Source: an uncultured Gammaproteobacteria bacterium
Lineage (GTDB): Bacteria > Patescibacteriota > Microgenomatia > Daviesbacterales > UBA10151
DNA: 64,000 nucleotides
Direction: 5' to 3'
Assembly (NCBI GenBank): GCA_964393525.1
Contig: CAYMTV010000001.1
Span: forward strand, 1,545-65,544
The translations under genes and the position numbers were made by a program. The notes under the pieces are model-generated. The model was not told the DNA's origin. It was given only the letters and a program-made list of their open reading frames with translations, and ran no database searches. This document shows, piece by piece, positions 29,233 to 39,036 of this stretch. Numbering within the stretch: the stretch's first letter is position 1; every line of letters begins with the position of its first letter.

Positions 29233-30276
29233 ATGGATTTATGGCTGATTTTTATTACCGGTTTAACAGTAGGAGGTTTAACTTGTTTAGTAGTTCAAGG
29301 CGGACTGCTGGCTTCGGTCATAGCTTCCCGGGAAAAGGATGATTTAGAGGTTAAAAAAGATAACCATCATCCGATCTGGGAAGTTACCTCGTTTGTTATT
29401 GCAAAATTCATAGCCTACACTTTGTTAGGGTTTTTCTTGGGAATTTTTGGCCAGTCAATTGCACTTTCGGATTCAACCCGGGCAACGATCCAAATTTTTG
29501 CCGGAATCTATATGATTTTAGTTGCGTTTAACCTCTTTAATTTGCACCCAATTTTTAGATATGTTATCCCCCAGCCGCCAAAATTTATCTACCTACTAAT
29601 AAGAAATAAGTCCAAAAGTGAAGACCTTTTTGCTCCGGCCCTTTTGGGGGTTTTTACCATTTTTATACCATGCGGTACAACTTTGGCAATGGAGGCTTTG
29701 GCAATCAGCAGCGCAAATCCTCTTACCGGTGCAATGATCATGGGGGTATTTACCTTGGCAACTACACCATTTTTCCTGGGACTTGGGATTTTAACCCAGA
29801 AAATGGGTGAAGTTTTTAAGGTCAGGTTTTTAAAGTTGGCAGCCATTGTAGTAACTTATTTAGGGTTATCCTCGGTAAATGGGGGGTTAATAATTTTAAA
29901 TTCCCCGGTAACTTTACAAAGTATTGCCGCCGCGTCTCCTGTCCAGATCGATTTCTCCGGAGGGGAGGAATCGACCCAAGGCAATAATTTAAGCGGTGGG
30001 TTGATAGATGGAGTGAGGTCGGTAGATATCAACATTAAGTCGGGAGGTTATTCACCTTCCTATATCAGGGTACAAAAAGATGAGCCGGTTAAGTTAAATC
30101 TGATTAGTCAGGGAGCATTCAGCTGTGCGTTGGCATTTAGGATACCGGCCTTAGGTATAGCCAAGAATTTAAAACCAACGGGTAGGGATTCAGTGGAATT
30201 TACCCCTACTCGAAGCGGCAGAATAACTTATGCTTGTTCAATGGGTATGTATACAGGCACGATAGAAGTGATTTAA
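29233..30276 (+). CDS. DsbD_2/TauE-like membrane domain fused to C-terminal cupredoxin
   Basis: TCLVVQGG, IPCG, several TM helices; C-terminal SC...YACSMGMYTG. Confidence 0.8.
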   Translation: MDLWLIFITGLTVGGLTCLVVQGGLLASVIASREKDDLEVKKDNHHPIWEVTSFVIAKFIAYTLLGFFLGIFGQSIALSDSTRATIQIFAGIYMILVAFNLFNLHPIFRYVIPQPPKFIYLLIRNKSKSEDLFAPALLGVFTIFIPCGTTLAMEALAISSANPLTGAMIMGVFTLATTPFFLGLGILTQKMGEVFKVRFLKLAAIVVTYLGLSSVNGGLIILNSPVTLQSIAAASPVQIDFSGGEESTQGNNLSGGLIDGVRSVDINIKSGGYSPSYIRVQKDEPVKLNLISQGAFSCALAFRIPALGIAKNLKPTGRDSVEFTPTRSGRITYACSMGMYTGTIEVI

Positions 30277-30280
30277 AAAT

Positions 30281-30493
30281 ATGGCAAAAAAGAAGTTCAA
30301 AATTGATGGGATGCATTGCAACTCATGCGCCATGTCAATAGACATGGATCTGGAGGATTTGGATGGAGTTAAGCAATCTAACACAAGCTATGCAAAATCG
30401 GAAACAGAAGTTGAATTCGACCAGTCAACAGTTGATGAAAAGCAAATTTTGGACTCTATTAAAAAAACCGGATATGAGGCTAAAATTATCTAA
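30281..30493 (+). CDS. copZ: HMA-domain copper chaperone (CopZ-like)
   Basis: GMHCNSC, C-terminal GY; 70 aa. Confidence 0.88.
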   Translation: MAKKKFKIDGMHCNSCAMSIDMDLEDLDGVKQSNTSYAKSETEVEFDQSTVDEKQILDSIKKTGYEAKII

Positions 30494-31432
30494 GTGACTT
30501 CCATAAATTTTGATCCAGATAAAGAATTTTCCATCTTCCGGGCCGTTTTGGAGAAGCGCCCGGAGATAAACCCCAAGCAACTTAAAAAAGATTTAGAAAT
30601 TTATTATCTTCCTTACTTAAACAAGTTAATCGATTTAAAAAAACAAAAAGATGATCCCCGGGAGGGTCTAATTATTGGTGTTTCTGCGATTCAAGGAACA
30701 GGCAAAACCACCCAGGGGGAGATTTTAGAGATATTGCTTAAGCATTTAGGTTTTTCCTCGGTTAGCCTGTCAATTGACGATCATTACCTGACCCATGAGC
30801 AATTAAATGAGCTTAGAGAGTTTGATCCCAGATATATCAGAAGAGGAGTAACTCACGATATCTATCTGGCAATGGAAAATCTGAAAGCACTTAAAGAAAT
30901 GAAAGATGGTGAAGAAGTAAAGGTTCCAATTTACGATAAGGGTGCAGAAGGGGGTGATGGTGACTGGGTTGGTTGGAAGACGGTTACGAAAAAACCTGAT
31001 TTTATCTTTTATGACGGCTGGATGCTTGGAGCAAGAAGAGTTGAAGATGAATCCATTTTTGCAAGTGGCTTGCCTGGACTGGATAGCCCTGAACATATTC
31101 AGTTTGCCAAAGATATAAATAAAAAGCTGGATGAGTATTTGCCACTTTGGGATTTAATTGAATTTATGAATGTGTTATATGTCCCAAATTATGAGTGGAG
31201 TTTAAAATGGAGGGATCAGGCAGAGGATGTTTTAAGAGCCCAGGGAAAAGGCATGTCTCATGAGGAAATTAGGGAATTTATCTATTATTTTTGGCGCTCT
31301 GTCCATCCCGGAATTCAGATTAAAAATCTGGCTCAAGACAAAGAACATACAGATCAGGTGGTAATAATAAATGAGGATCATTCAACCAAAGAAGTATTAA
31401 CCCCAGAAGAAGTAAAAATTAAGTATCCTTAA
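30494..31432 (+). CDS. P-loop kinase of D-glycerate 3-kinase (GLYK/Tda10) type
   Basis: SAIQGTGKTT, SIDDHYLT, RGVTHD, YDK...GD, DGWMLG. Confidence 0.72.
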   Translation: MTSINFDPDKEFSIFRAVLEKRPEINPKQLKKDLEIYYLPYLNKLIDLKKQKDDPREGLIIGVSAIQGTGKTTQGEILEILLKHLGFSSVSLSIDDHYLTHEQLNELREFDPRYIRRGVTHDIYLAMENLKALKEMKDGEEVKVPIYDKGAEGGDGDWVGWKTVTKKPDFIFYDGWMLGARRVEDESIFASGLPGLDSPEHIQFAKDINKKLDEYLPLWDLIEFMNVLYVPNYEWSLKWRDQAEDVLRAQGKGMSHEEIREFIYYFWRSVHPGIQIKNLAQDKEHTDQVVIINEDHSTKEVLTPEEVKIKYP

Positions 31433-31480
31433 TTGTTTTTTTCAACTATACGCTATACGCTATTATCTATACACTAATCT

Positions 31481-32461
31481 ATGTTTGACCTAATTTCCAT
31501 TGGTGATGTGGTAATTGATACTTTTGTCCACCTGACAGAGGCGGAAATTATTAGTAAGGATGGGGAAAATTTACTTGCCCTGCCTTTTGGCAGGAAAATT
31601 CCGATTAAACCTGAAAGCCAGTCATTGGTTGGAGGCAATGCAGCCAATAACGCGGTTGGGGCTTCAAGGCTTGGGTTAAAAACCGCCATTTATACCAATG
31701 TTGGCAGTAAAGACGATGATTTTGCAGATGATAGGATTATCGCAAAACTTAAAAAAGAAGGAGTAGATATAAGATATGTTGTTGAAAATCACGATCTCCC
31801 TTCAAATCACAATATAATTTTAGAGTTTGAGGAAGAACGGACGATCCTTATTAACCATCAACCCTGGAAATTTAACCTTCCGGACTTAGATCGCGCAAAG
31901 TGGGTTTATTTAACCTCACTTGGGCCAACATTTATTGAGTCAAACTTTACTGAGCAAGTAATAAACTATATTCAAAGATCAGGCGCGAAATTAGCTTATC
32001 AACCTGGTACTCATCAGATTAAATTAGGGGTTAAAAAGAATGCCAAGCTTTTGTCCTTGGCAGATTTCTTTATAGTTAACCTGGACGAAGCAAAGCATAT
32101 CTTGGGACACGCTAATGGATCAGTAAAAAAGCTTTTGAAGGGTTTAGCAGATTTAGGGCCAAGAAAAGTAGTAATTACAGACGGCAGAAGCGGTTCGTAT
32201 GGGTTCGATGGAGAAAGATATTACCAGTTGGATTGTTTTCCAGCCAAACTTCTTCAGATGACAGGGGCAGGAGATGCATATGCCTCAGGTACTGTTGCCG
32301 GGCTTATTCATGGAGAAACCTTAGCGAAGGCAATGCGTTGGGGTGCTGCCAATAGCGCCTCAGTAGTTGAACAAATGGGTCCACAAAATGGATTACTAAC
32401 TTATCACAAAATGCAGGAGAAGATAAAAGAAAATTCAAAAATCGTTGCTAAGGAAATCTAA
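31481..32461 (+). CDS. PfkB-family carbohydrate kinase
   Basis: GGNAANNAVGASRLG, TGAGDAY. Confidence 0.9.
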   Translation: MFDLISIGDVVIDTFVHLTEAEIISKDGENLLALPFGRKIPIKPESQSLVGGNAANNAVGASRLGLKTAIYTNVGSKDDDFADDRIIAKLKKEGVDIRYVVENHDLPSNHNIILEFEEERTILINHQPWKFNLPDLDRAKWVYLTSLGPTFIESNFTEQVINYIQRSGAKLAYQPGTHQIKLGVKKNAKLLSLADFFIVNLDEAKHILGHANGSVKKLLKGLADLGPRKVVITDGRSGSYGFDGERYYQLDCFPAKLLQMTGAGDAYASGTVAGLIHGETLAKAMRWGAANSASVVEQMGPQNGLLTYHKMQEKIKENSKIVAKEI

Positions 32462-33180
32462 GGTGAAGAAGAGGGCGTAGGGGATGGAGCTGGCGATGAA
32501 GAAGGGGAAGGTGTGGGAGCTGGTGGAGTCGAAGTCTCTGTAACACTCACTTTTCCGGTACAAACCCCGGATTCTATACCGGAAACGTTAGCTTTAAGTT
32601 GCATCCTGACTGTGTATTCCCCTGTTTGATTATAAGTATGACTTACATGTTGGCTTGAAGTGTCATAAGGCGTGTCCCAAACATTATTTCCGTCAAAATC
32701 CCATTGGATTTCTTTTACATAAATGTCCATCCCCGCAGAATTGTAAAAACTGGCGGCATAAACAAATTCAATATTTAAAGGAGCCGGGCCGCTATTTTTA
32801 TTGTCTTTGTAGGAAACTTCACATTCGACCCTCGGTCCAGAACTTGCTTGGGTTGATGGTGAAGCGGTGGGATTTGAGGTAGGGGTTGGTGTGCTTTGAG
32901 GGGTAGAGGTTGCAGTGGGCGTTGGCAAAGTTACTACTGAAGCCTTAACAACTTTTTTAAATGGTTTTTCTGTAGGTTTTGAGGTTGGAGTAGGTGATGG
33001 AGTGGTGGTTGGAGATGGAGTTGGGCTTGGGGTAGGAGTTATCTCGATTGTTACAGATTTTACCTCGCCTTTTCTCAAGCCTTGAATGTAAAATCCACCG
33101 CTGGTTAAAGTTGCAGCTGAAATTACTACTAATACTAGTGCTAATGGGTTAGGGATTAGCTTGTCCAAAATCTCTTTCAT
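32458..33180 (-). CDS. Membrane-anchored Pro/Thr-rich PKD-domain protein
   Basis: TM helix, TPSP repeats, GPAPL, WDFDG, HTY...GEYTV. Confidence 0.8.
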   Translation of the reverse strand: MKEILDKLIPNPLALVLVVISAATLTSGGFYIQGLRKGEVKSVTIEITPTPSPTPSPTTTPSPTPTSKPTEKPFKKVVKASVVTLPTPTATSTPQSTPTPTSNPTASPSTQASSGPRVECEVSYKDNKNSGPAPLNIEFVYAASFYNSAGMDIYVKEIQWDFDGNNVWDTPYDTSSQHVSHTYNQTGEYTVRMQLKANVSGIESGVCTGKVSVTETSTPPAPTPSPSSSPAPSPTPSSSP

Positions 33181-33332
33181 TTTCGCAAGAAAAGAAGCCG
33201 ACTCATAAATGTCAGGAAACCTCATTCTTCCGTGGATGAGGAGGCTTCATTTTTGGATATTAGTTTTTAAAAATGTGAATGTCAATATTTTTAGGCTTGA
33301 CAAAAAGCCTTTTTGTCTTGTAGTCTTACGCT

Positions 33333-34397
33333 ATGGCAAGGGGCAGGAAAAGAAAAAATCAAAAAGAGCAAAGTGATTTTAACCAGGACGAATTTGAAGA
33401 AATAACTCTTCCAACAGAAGTTCCCTCAACCGATGAAACCGATATAGATCTTTTTGCTGCCAAAGAGAAATTGGAGCAGCAACTAATCCTAAATGTTACC
33501 GAGCAGGCTCTATCTGCCCAAAGCGGAACAGAAGCTTATGGTTTTGAAAATATCGTTGGGGTTGGCATCTCGGAAAAAATAACCGGACGAAGGTACACCG
33601 GCGAAAAATGTATCGCAGTTTATGTTGTCTCAAAAGAACCCGAAGATGAGATAGATCAGGCAGCCTTAGTCCCCAAAGAAATAGATGGTGTACCAACCGA
33701 TGTTGTAGAAACAGGCGAGCTTCAGGCTTTTCCTCACCGTGGCAGATACAGACCTGCCCCGGGCGGTGTGTCCATTGGACATTTTAAGATTACAGCCGGA
33801 ACTTTAGGCTGTCTGGTTAAAAGAGGAAATCAGTTGTTCATTTTGAGTAATAATCATGTTCTGGCAAATTCCAATCAGGCTAAGATTGGGGATCTGATAA
33901 TGCAGCCCGGCCCATTTGATGGAGGGGTTTCCGCGGGAAACATTATAGGCAGGCTGTCGGAATTTGTTCCGATCAATTTTTCCGGAGGAGTAAACTTGGT
34001 TGATGCAGCTATTGCCCAGACAAACTCAAACTTAGTAGTCCCGGAAAGTAAATGCTTCGGCAAAATCAGCTCCAATGTACAAAACTGCCAGATGTGGATG
34101 GTTGTTAAAAAATGCGGCCGTACGACCCAAACTACCCGAGGCATAATTATAGATTGCAATGCTACGTTGAGGGTAGGTTACGGCACGCAAGGCACGGCAA
34201 TATTTCAAAACCAGATTATCGTTGTCGGAGTTCCCGGAATTGCCCCGTTCAGCCAACCTGGAGATTCCGGTTCCCTGGTTATCTCCCAGTTTGGCAACAG
34301 ACCGGTGGGGCTTCTTTTTGCCGGCAGCTCAATTGTTACAATTGCCAGTCCAATTCAAGCTGTGCTGTCTTCATTTAATATAAGTATAGTAAGTTAA
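33333..34397 (+). CDS. Trypsin-like (Nal1-type) serine protease with N-terminal prodomain-like region, no signal peptide
   Basis: AGTLG, LSNNHV (His), VDAA (Asp), GRTT, GDSGS (Ser), GLLFAGS. Confidence 0.85.
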   Translation: MARGRKRKNQKEQSDFNQDEFEEITLPTEVPSTDETDIDLFAAKEKLEQQLILNVTEQALSAQSGTEAYGFENIVGVGISEKITGRRYTGEKCIAVYVVSKEPEDEIDQAALVPKEIDGVPTDVVETGELQAFPHRGRYRPAPGGVSIGHFKITAGTLGCLVKRGNQLFILSNNHVLANSNQAKIGDLIMQPGPFDGGVSAGNIIGRLSEFVPINFSGGVNLVDAAIAQTNSNLVVPESKCFGKISSNVQNCQMWMVVKKCGRTTQTTRGIIIDCNATLRVGYGTQGTAIFQNQIIVVGVPGIAPFSQPGDSGSLVISQFGNRPVGLLFAGSSIVTIASPIQAVLSSFNISIVS

Positions 34398-34521
34398 GCT
34401 TTCAATCTGTTAGGAATATTTATTTAAGAAAGCCAATCTAACGCAACTTGTATGCACATGCATATAGTTTGCTCAATTAAACAATTATGTATAGACTTGA
34501 GTCTTTTAGTAAAATTTATCT

Positions 34522-34734
34522 ATGAATAAGATCCAGCAGATAAAGGAAAAATATGAAATGGAGTGGATGAAAATTCCAGGGGTGGAAGGAGTAGGAATCA
34601 CACGGGAGAATAATGAACATGTCATTATTGTTTACTCTTCCAAGGACCTCAAAAAAATAAAAAACCAAATCCCCTCTGAAGTTGAAGGCCATAAGATAAT
34701 CTTCAAACAAACCGGTGAATTTCAGGCATTTTGA
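34522..34734 (+). CDS. 70-aa protein homologous to the N-terminal domain of the upstream protease
   Basis: GVEGVGI...IIVY...IPSEVEG...TGEFQAF versus NIVGVGI...IAVY...VPKEIDG...TGELQAF. Confidence 0.8.
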   Translation: MNKIQQIKEKYEMEWMKIPGVEGVGITRENNEHVIIVYSSKDLKKIKNQIPSEVEGHKIIFKQTGEFQAF

Positions 34735-34750
34735 GTGTTAAGATTAATTA

Positions 34751-35578
34751 ATGGATCTTTCCCAATTTACCAGAAACGGTAAATTTTTGATGCTGGCACT
34801 GGATCATAGAGGAAGTTTTAAGAAATTAATAAGCCCCAGTGATCCGGATTCAGTGCTTGATGAAGAGGTGATTAACCTAAAATCCAAAATTATAAATTCA
34901 GTTGAAAGCGAGTTAAGTGGTATTTTAATAGATGAAGTGTTTGGACTCAAGGCTTACCCGCAAAGATCAAAGCCTTTTTTACTGCCGGTTGAAGAAACAG
35001 GTTACACCGAAGAAAAAGGCGAGAGGCTGACAAAGCTTGAATATACAATCGATCAGCTAAAGGAATGCGGTGCATCAGGTGCAAAACTGCTTTTATACTT
35101 TAACCCTTTTTTAGAAAGTAAGGAAAAGCAACTGGAAACTGCCAAAAAAGTGATAGATGAGTGCAGGCAAAAAGATTATCCGGTTTTTTTGGAAATTGTG
35201 ACCTACGAGCCGGATCATGATGTAACTGGAGAGGAAAGGGAAAGATTGGTTATTGAGTCATTAAAGCTTTTTAAATCAAGGAATATTCTGCCGGATGTAT
35301 TTAAAATTGAGTATCCGGGAAGCTCTGTTGCCTGTTTTACGGTAACAGCAATCCTAGAAGATCTTCCGTGGATTCTGCTTACCCGAGGTGTAAATTTTGA
35401 GGAATTTAAGTTTCAGCTTGAAGAAGCATCTGTTCGGGGAGTAAAGGGGTTTTTAGCAGGAAGAGCTCTTTGGCAGGAAGTTTGTACCATACAAAGTGAA
35501 GATAAGGACAAATTTTTAAAAGAAACTTTGCCAAACCGTTTTAAAATAATTTCTGATATTTGTACTAAAAATGAATAA
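34751..35578 (+). CDS. LacD-type class I aldolase (tagatose-bisphosphate/sulfofructosephosphate family)
   Basis: LALDHRGS, KLLLY, FKIEYP, GFLAGRALW. Confidence 0.85.
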   Translation: MDLSQFTRNGKFLMLALDHRGSFKKLISPSDPDSVLDEEVINLKSKIINSVESELSGILIDEVFGLKAYPQRSKPFLLPVEETGYTEEKGERLTKLEYTIDQLKECGASGAKLLLYFNPFLESKEKQLETAKKVIDECRQKDYPVFLEIVTYEPDHDVTGEERERLVIESLKLFKSRNILPDVFKIEYPGSSVACFTVTAILEDLPWILLTRGVNFEEFKFQLEEASVRGVKGFLAGRALWQEVCTIQSEDKDKFLKETLPNRFKIISDICTKNE

Positions 35579-35629
35579 GAAATTAAGAAATCTTCTAGGT
35601 TGGTATGGGGTTGCAGCGATTCTTTGAGC

Positions 35630-36184
35630 CTATTTTTTTATAGGTGCCGAAGGTGGAGGCTGCTTCGCACGTTGTTCCCTCAGGGATTGGTTTTTGCCTA
35701 AGCGCATTATTCTTTGAAATTTGCGATTTACAGTTCTATCATTAGGTTTTCGGGGATCTTCAACTACACTGAGACCATTTATAGGTACAGCTATGCGAGG
35801 ATCTGCCGTATAACCCGCATCTCTTACAGCATCTATATTTTCCTGAGATGCAAATCCTCCTACAATGCTTCCTTCAGGAGTAATATAAACTAAACCACCA
35901 CTATTAGAGTAGTATTTTCCTTTTAGATCGGGTTGTCTCAATCTCCCGCCTGGTCTATAAGGTGCCGTATCATTTATATCTCCAATTTCCCCAAAAGCAG
36001 ATTGTCTATGTGAATGTTCTGGAGGTAGGTGCTTGACTCGATCATAAGATTCTTTATCTAAATAAACCCTTAAGCCATCTAGAGTCATGAAATAGCCTCG
36101 TTGGACTGGTTTAATTTCTCTCTGCGGAGGTCCCATCACTTCTGCTAGAGATGGTCCTGAGTCCATTCGGGGTTCTTGGCTCAT
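35630..36184 (-). CDS. Hypothetical protein
   Basis: 184-aa ATG ORF filling the intergenic space; no motif recognised. Confidence 0.6.
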   Translation of the reverse strand: MSQEPRMDSGPSLAEVMGPPQREIKPVQRGYFMTLDGLRVYLDKESYDRVKHLPPEHSHRQSAFGEIGDINDTAPYRPGGRLRQPDLKGKYYSNSGGLVYITPEGSIVGGFASQENIDAVRDAGYTADPRIAVPINGLSVVEDPRKPNDRTVNRKFQRIMRLGKNQSLREQRAKQPPPSAPIKK

Positions 36185-36266
36185 GGATTAAATATATATT
36201 GAAAGCTAACAAAAGTCAAAGTTAACTGGAGTTAGGATGAATTTAGAACTTAAACGGATTGAAACT

Positions 36267-36971
36267 TTAATGAACGAAGACTTTAGTTCCAGGGTTTTCG
36301 GCAGTTGCTCGGATAGCATTTGTCCCCTCTGAGACAACAGGTCCTGCCCAGTTAAAAATCTCGGCGGCATTGGCTAAAGGCTCATTAACACAGCCATGGC
36401 TCATTGGCTGGCCAAAGTTATTGTGCCAGTAAGCACCGTGCAGCGCGTAGCCCTTGTGAAAAAACATATTATGCGGAACATTAGGAAGATAATAATAAGT
36501 TCCCAATTCTTTTGATCCGCCTGACATTAACTGACTTCTGGTTTTATACCAGATATAAAAAGTCCCTGTTGGGGTTGGAGCCCATTTGCCTGAAGAAACG
36601 GGAAATTCCATCACAATTTTTTCTCCCTCCCAGGCTCTGACTTTTTGCTCCTCAAGCGATACCTCAACCCACTTTTCTTCGCCCTTTTCATTTACGGTTC
36701 CTAAAACATTCTTATCTTGGGTACTTGGGGCAATGTTATTATAAGCCAAAGAAGTTTTTGGGTAATCAATTACCTGATTATTAAATATAGCCACACTTGC
36801 CGCTTCATCAAACTCTCCGCTAGACTTTAGGATTTCTTTTTCATCACAACAGGATGTTGTTTGGTCCCCGGACACCCCCAGTTTATAAACGATTTCCCTT
36901 CTTAAAGGCGTATAAAAAAACGCACTAATTAAAAATACCACCAAAATTAACAGGGGCAGCAGGCGGTACAT
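36267..36971 (-). CDS. L,D-transpeptidase (YkuD)
   Basis: VSSGK, TPTG, HGAYWH, SHGCVN. Confidence 0.92.
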   Translation of the reverse strand: MYRLLPLLILVVFLISAFFYTPLRREIVYKLGVSGDQTTSCCDEKEILKSSGEFDEAASVAIFNNQVIDYPKTSLAYNNIAPSTQDKNVLGTVNEKGEEKWVEVSLEEQKVRAWEGEKIVMEFPVSSGKWAPTPTGTFYIWYKTRSQLMSGGSKELGTYYYLPNVPHNMFFHKGYALHGAYWHNNFGQPMSHGCVNEPLANAAEIFNWAGPVVSEGTNAIRATAENPGTKVFVH

Positions 36972-37018
36972 ATTTATATTGTGGAGTGTGCTAAGATAAT
37001 AAGTCAATAATTAACTTC

Positions 37019-38107
37019 ATGCATTGGTTTTTTAAGCTGGTCCTTTTTTTAATCCCGCCTTTATTTTTCTGGGTTGTTTTTGCGCTGGTATTACCGAAGG
37101 TGTTACCCACAGAATATCGTTCAAATACCGAAGTTTCAGGCTGGTTAATCAGAAACCAGGTATGGGAAGGAACAATCAGAATCAGCGGTGATTTGATTAC
37201 CTCGCAGGCAACAACTATAACCCTCAAACCCGGGACAATTGTTTTGGTTTCATCGGGCAATGATAATTTCAATTTTGATTTATTGCCATGGCACCTTAAA
37301 GAGGGTATCAATACCTCTATAGAAAACCATGGAGTAAAACCTGGAGAGCCTTTTTGGGATGAGGCAGACAAAGTTCAGCTTCATATCGGCCGGATAATAG
37401 CGCTTGGTACCAAAGAACAACCCATTATCATAAAATCCGACACTTCGATGGGGAGTCCCTACGACGTTAATGTTATAAATATAAAAAGTGGAATCCTGTC
37501 AAATGTTAACCTCTCAAACTATAGAAGGCTTGAAATCGGGGACAAAATTACAATAAGGGATTCAGGTTTTAGAGATATTGGAGAATGTGCGGTATGCATA
37601 AGTCGCGGATCACCGGTAATCTTGAATAATAAATTTGAAAAAATACTAAGGGAGGCAGTTTGGGTTCAGGGTGCGTCGCCTCAAATCAAAAATAATCTTT
37701 TTATTAATTTATCCGGAGCCGGCATCAGAGTTGATCCGCAAAGATTTGGGGATTTGGCTATATTAAACAATAGCTTTGAAATGCCCAACCAGGTTGCCTT
37801 AGATATTTTAGGTGGGGATGAAGAGGATCCCGGGACTATTGCCTTAAACCTCTTTTCCGGCAATAGTCTTATTAAGATGCCCTGCGACTCTAAGATTAGA
37901 TTTATTCAAAATAACATGGGAGGTTTGATTTCATTTTATAAAGGGGGTTGCAGCGGATCTTATATTTTTGGAGGGAATTACTGGGGGGGTGCTGACGCTA
38001 AAACAGTTTTGGCGGAGAAAATCATGAACAAAGAGAAGGGTTTTAGTATTACAATCCCATTTATATTGAGAGAGCCTGTTAAAAATGCCGGAAGGAAAGA
38101 TGACTGA
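37019..38107 (+). CDS. Membrane-anchored parallel beta-helix protein
   Basis: N-terminal TM, GTKEQPI, repeated I.NN.F motifs, NYWG. Confidence 0.72.
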   Translation: MHWFFKLVLFLIPPLFFWVVFALVLPKVLPTEYRSNTEVSGWLIRNQVWEGTIRISGDLITSQATTITLKPGTIVLVSSGNDNFNFDLLPWHLKEGINTSIENHGVKPGEPFWDEADKVQLHIGRIIALGTKEQPIIIKSDTSMGSPYDVNVINIKSGILSNVNLSNYRRLEIGDKITIRDSGFRDIGECAVCISRGSPVILNNKFEKILREAVWVQGASPQIKNNLFINLSGAGIRVDPQRFGDLAILNNSFEMPNQVALDILGGDEEDPGTIALNLFSGNSLIKMPCDSKIRFIQNNMGGLISFYKGGCSGSYIFGGNYWGGADAKTVLAEKIMNKEKGFSITIPFILREPVKNAGRKDD

Positions 38108-39036
38108 TGAAGTACGGCAATTACTTTGGGGCATCTTTTGTGATTCTTGTTTTAGGTTGGGGATTTTATTTGTTCAATAATCAAAAAACCTTTTTAGTCT
38201 CCCCTGTTTTGGGTGAAAGCAAAATTGCCTTTTCCGACAATGTCTGGTTTCCGAAGGAGTCAACCGAGAGCGCAAAAGTAGAAGAAATAGACAGGAAGCT
38301 TACCGCCAAAGCGGCTTTTTTCGTTGAGACTCAAACCGGCCAGGTTTTGTATCAGAAAAATCCACAGGAGAGATTACCGATTGCTTCTTTAAATAAAATC
38401 ATGACCGCAATTATTAGCATGGAGAACAGACAGATGGAAGATAAAATTTCCATATCTCAAAAAGCAGCCGAAATGGAGCCTGACAAAATGTTTTTAATTG
38501 CAGGAGAAAAATTAACCGTCAGGGAGCTTCTCGAGGGAGTTTTTTTAATCTCGGCAAACGATGCTTCGGAAGCATTGGCGGAAGGAGTGACTGGCAGGAG
38601 AGAAGAATTCATCAATTTAATGAATTCCAAAGCTGCCCAATTAGGGATGTACAATACCCGTTTTGTTAATCCCTCGGGTTTGGAAGAAGAAGGCAGGCAG
38701 CAATACTCAACGGTTTATGAGGTTGCCATAATGAGCCGTTATGCAATTAAAAAATGGCCCCAGCTAATTGATATTTCTTCCAGTGAGCATATATTTATTC
38801 CGGTGACATCAACACATCAAGATTATGACCTTTACTCCGGTATCAATCTTCTGACTACTTACCCGGGGGTTGTCGGTTTTAAAACCGGCTTTACTCCCGA
38901 AGCCGGACTGACTCTGGTTACGGTAGCCAGAAGAGGTGGAAAGGAAGTATTGGGTGTCCTCTTAGGAGCAGTAAACAGGCGGGATGACGCCAAACTTTTA
39001 TTGGACTACTCTTTTAAAAAGCTGGGAGTAATCTAA
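38107..39036 (+). CDS. D-alanyl-D-alanine carboxypeptidase (peptidase S11), second paralog
   Basis: ASLNK, SANDA, KTG. Confidence 0.9.
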   Translation: MKYGNYFGASFVILVLGWGFYLFNNQKTFLVSPVLGESKIAFSDNVWFPKESTESAKVEEIDRKLTAKAAFFVETQTGQVLYQKNPQERLPIASLNKIMTAIISMENRQMEDKISISQKAAEMEPDKMFLIAGEKLTVRELLEGVFLISANDASEALAEGVTGRREEFINLMNSKAAQLGMYNTRFVNPSGLEEEGRQQYSTVYEVAIMSRYAIKKWPQLIDISSSEHIFIPVTSTHQDYDLYSGINLLTTYPGVVGFKTGFTPEAGLTLVTVARRGGKEVLGVLLGAVNRRDDAKLLLDYSFKKLGVI

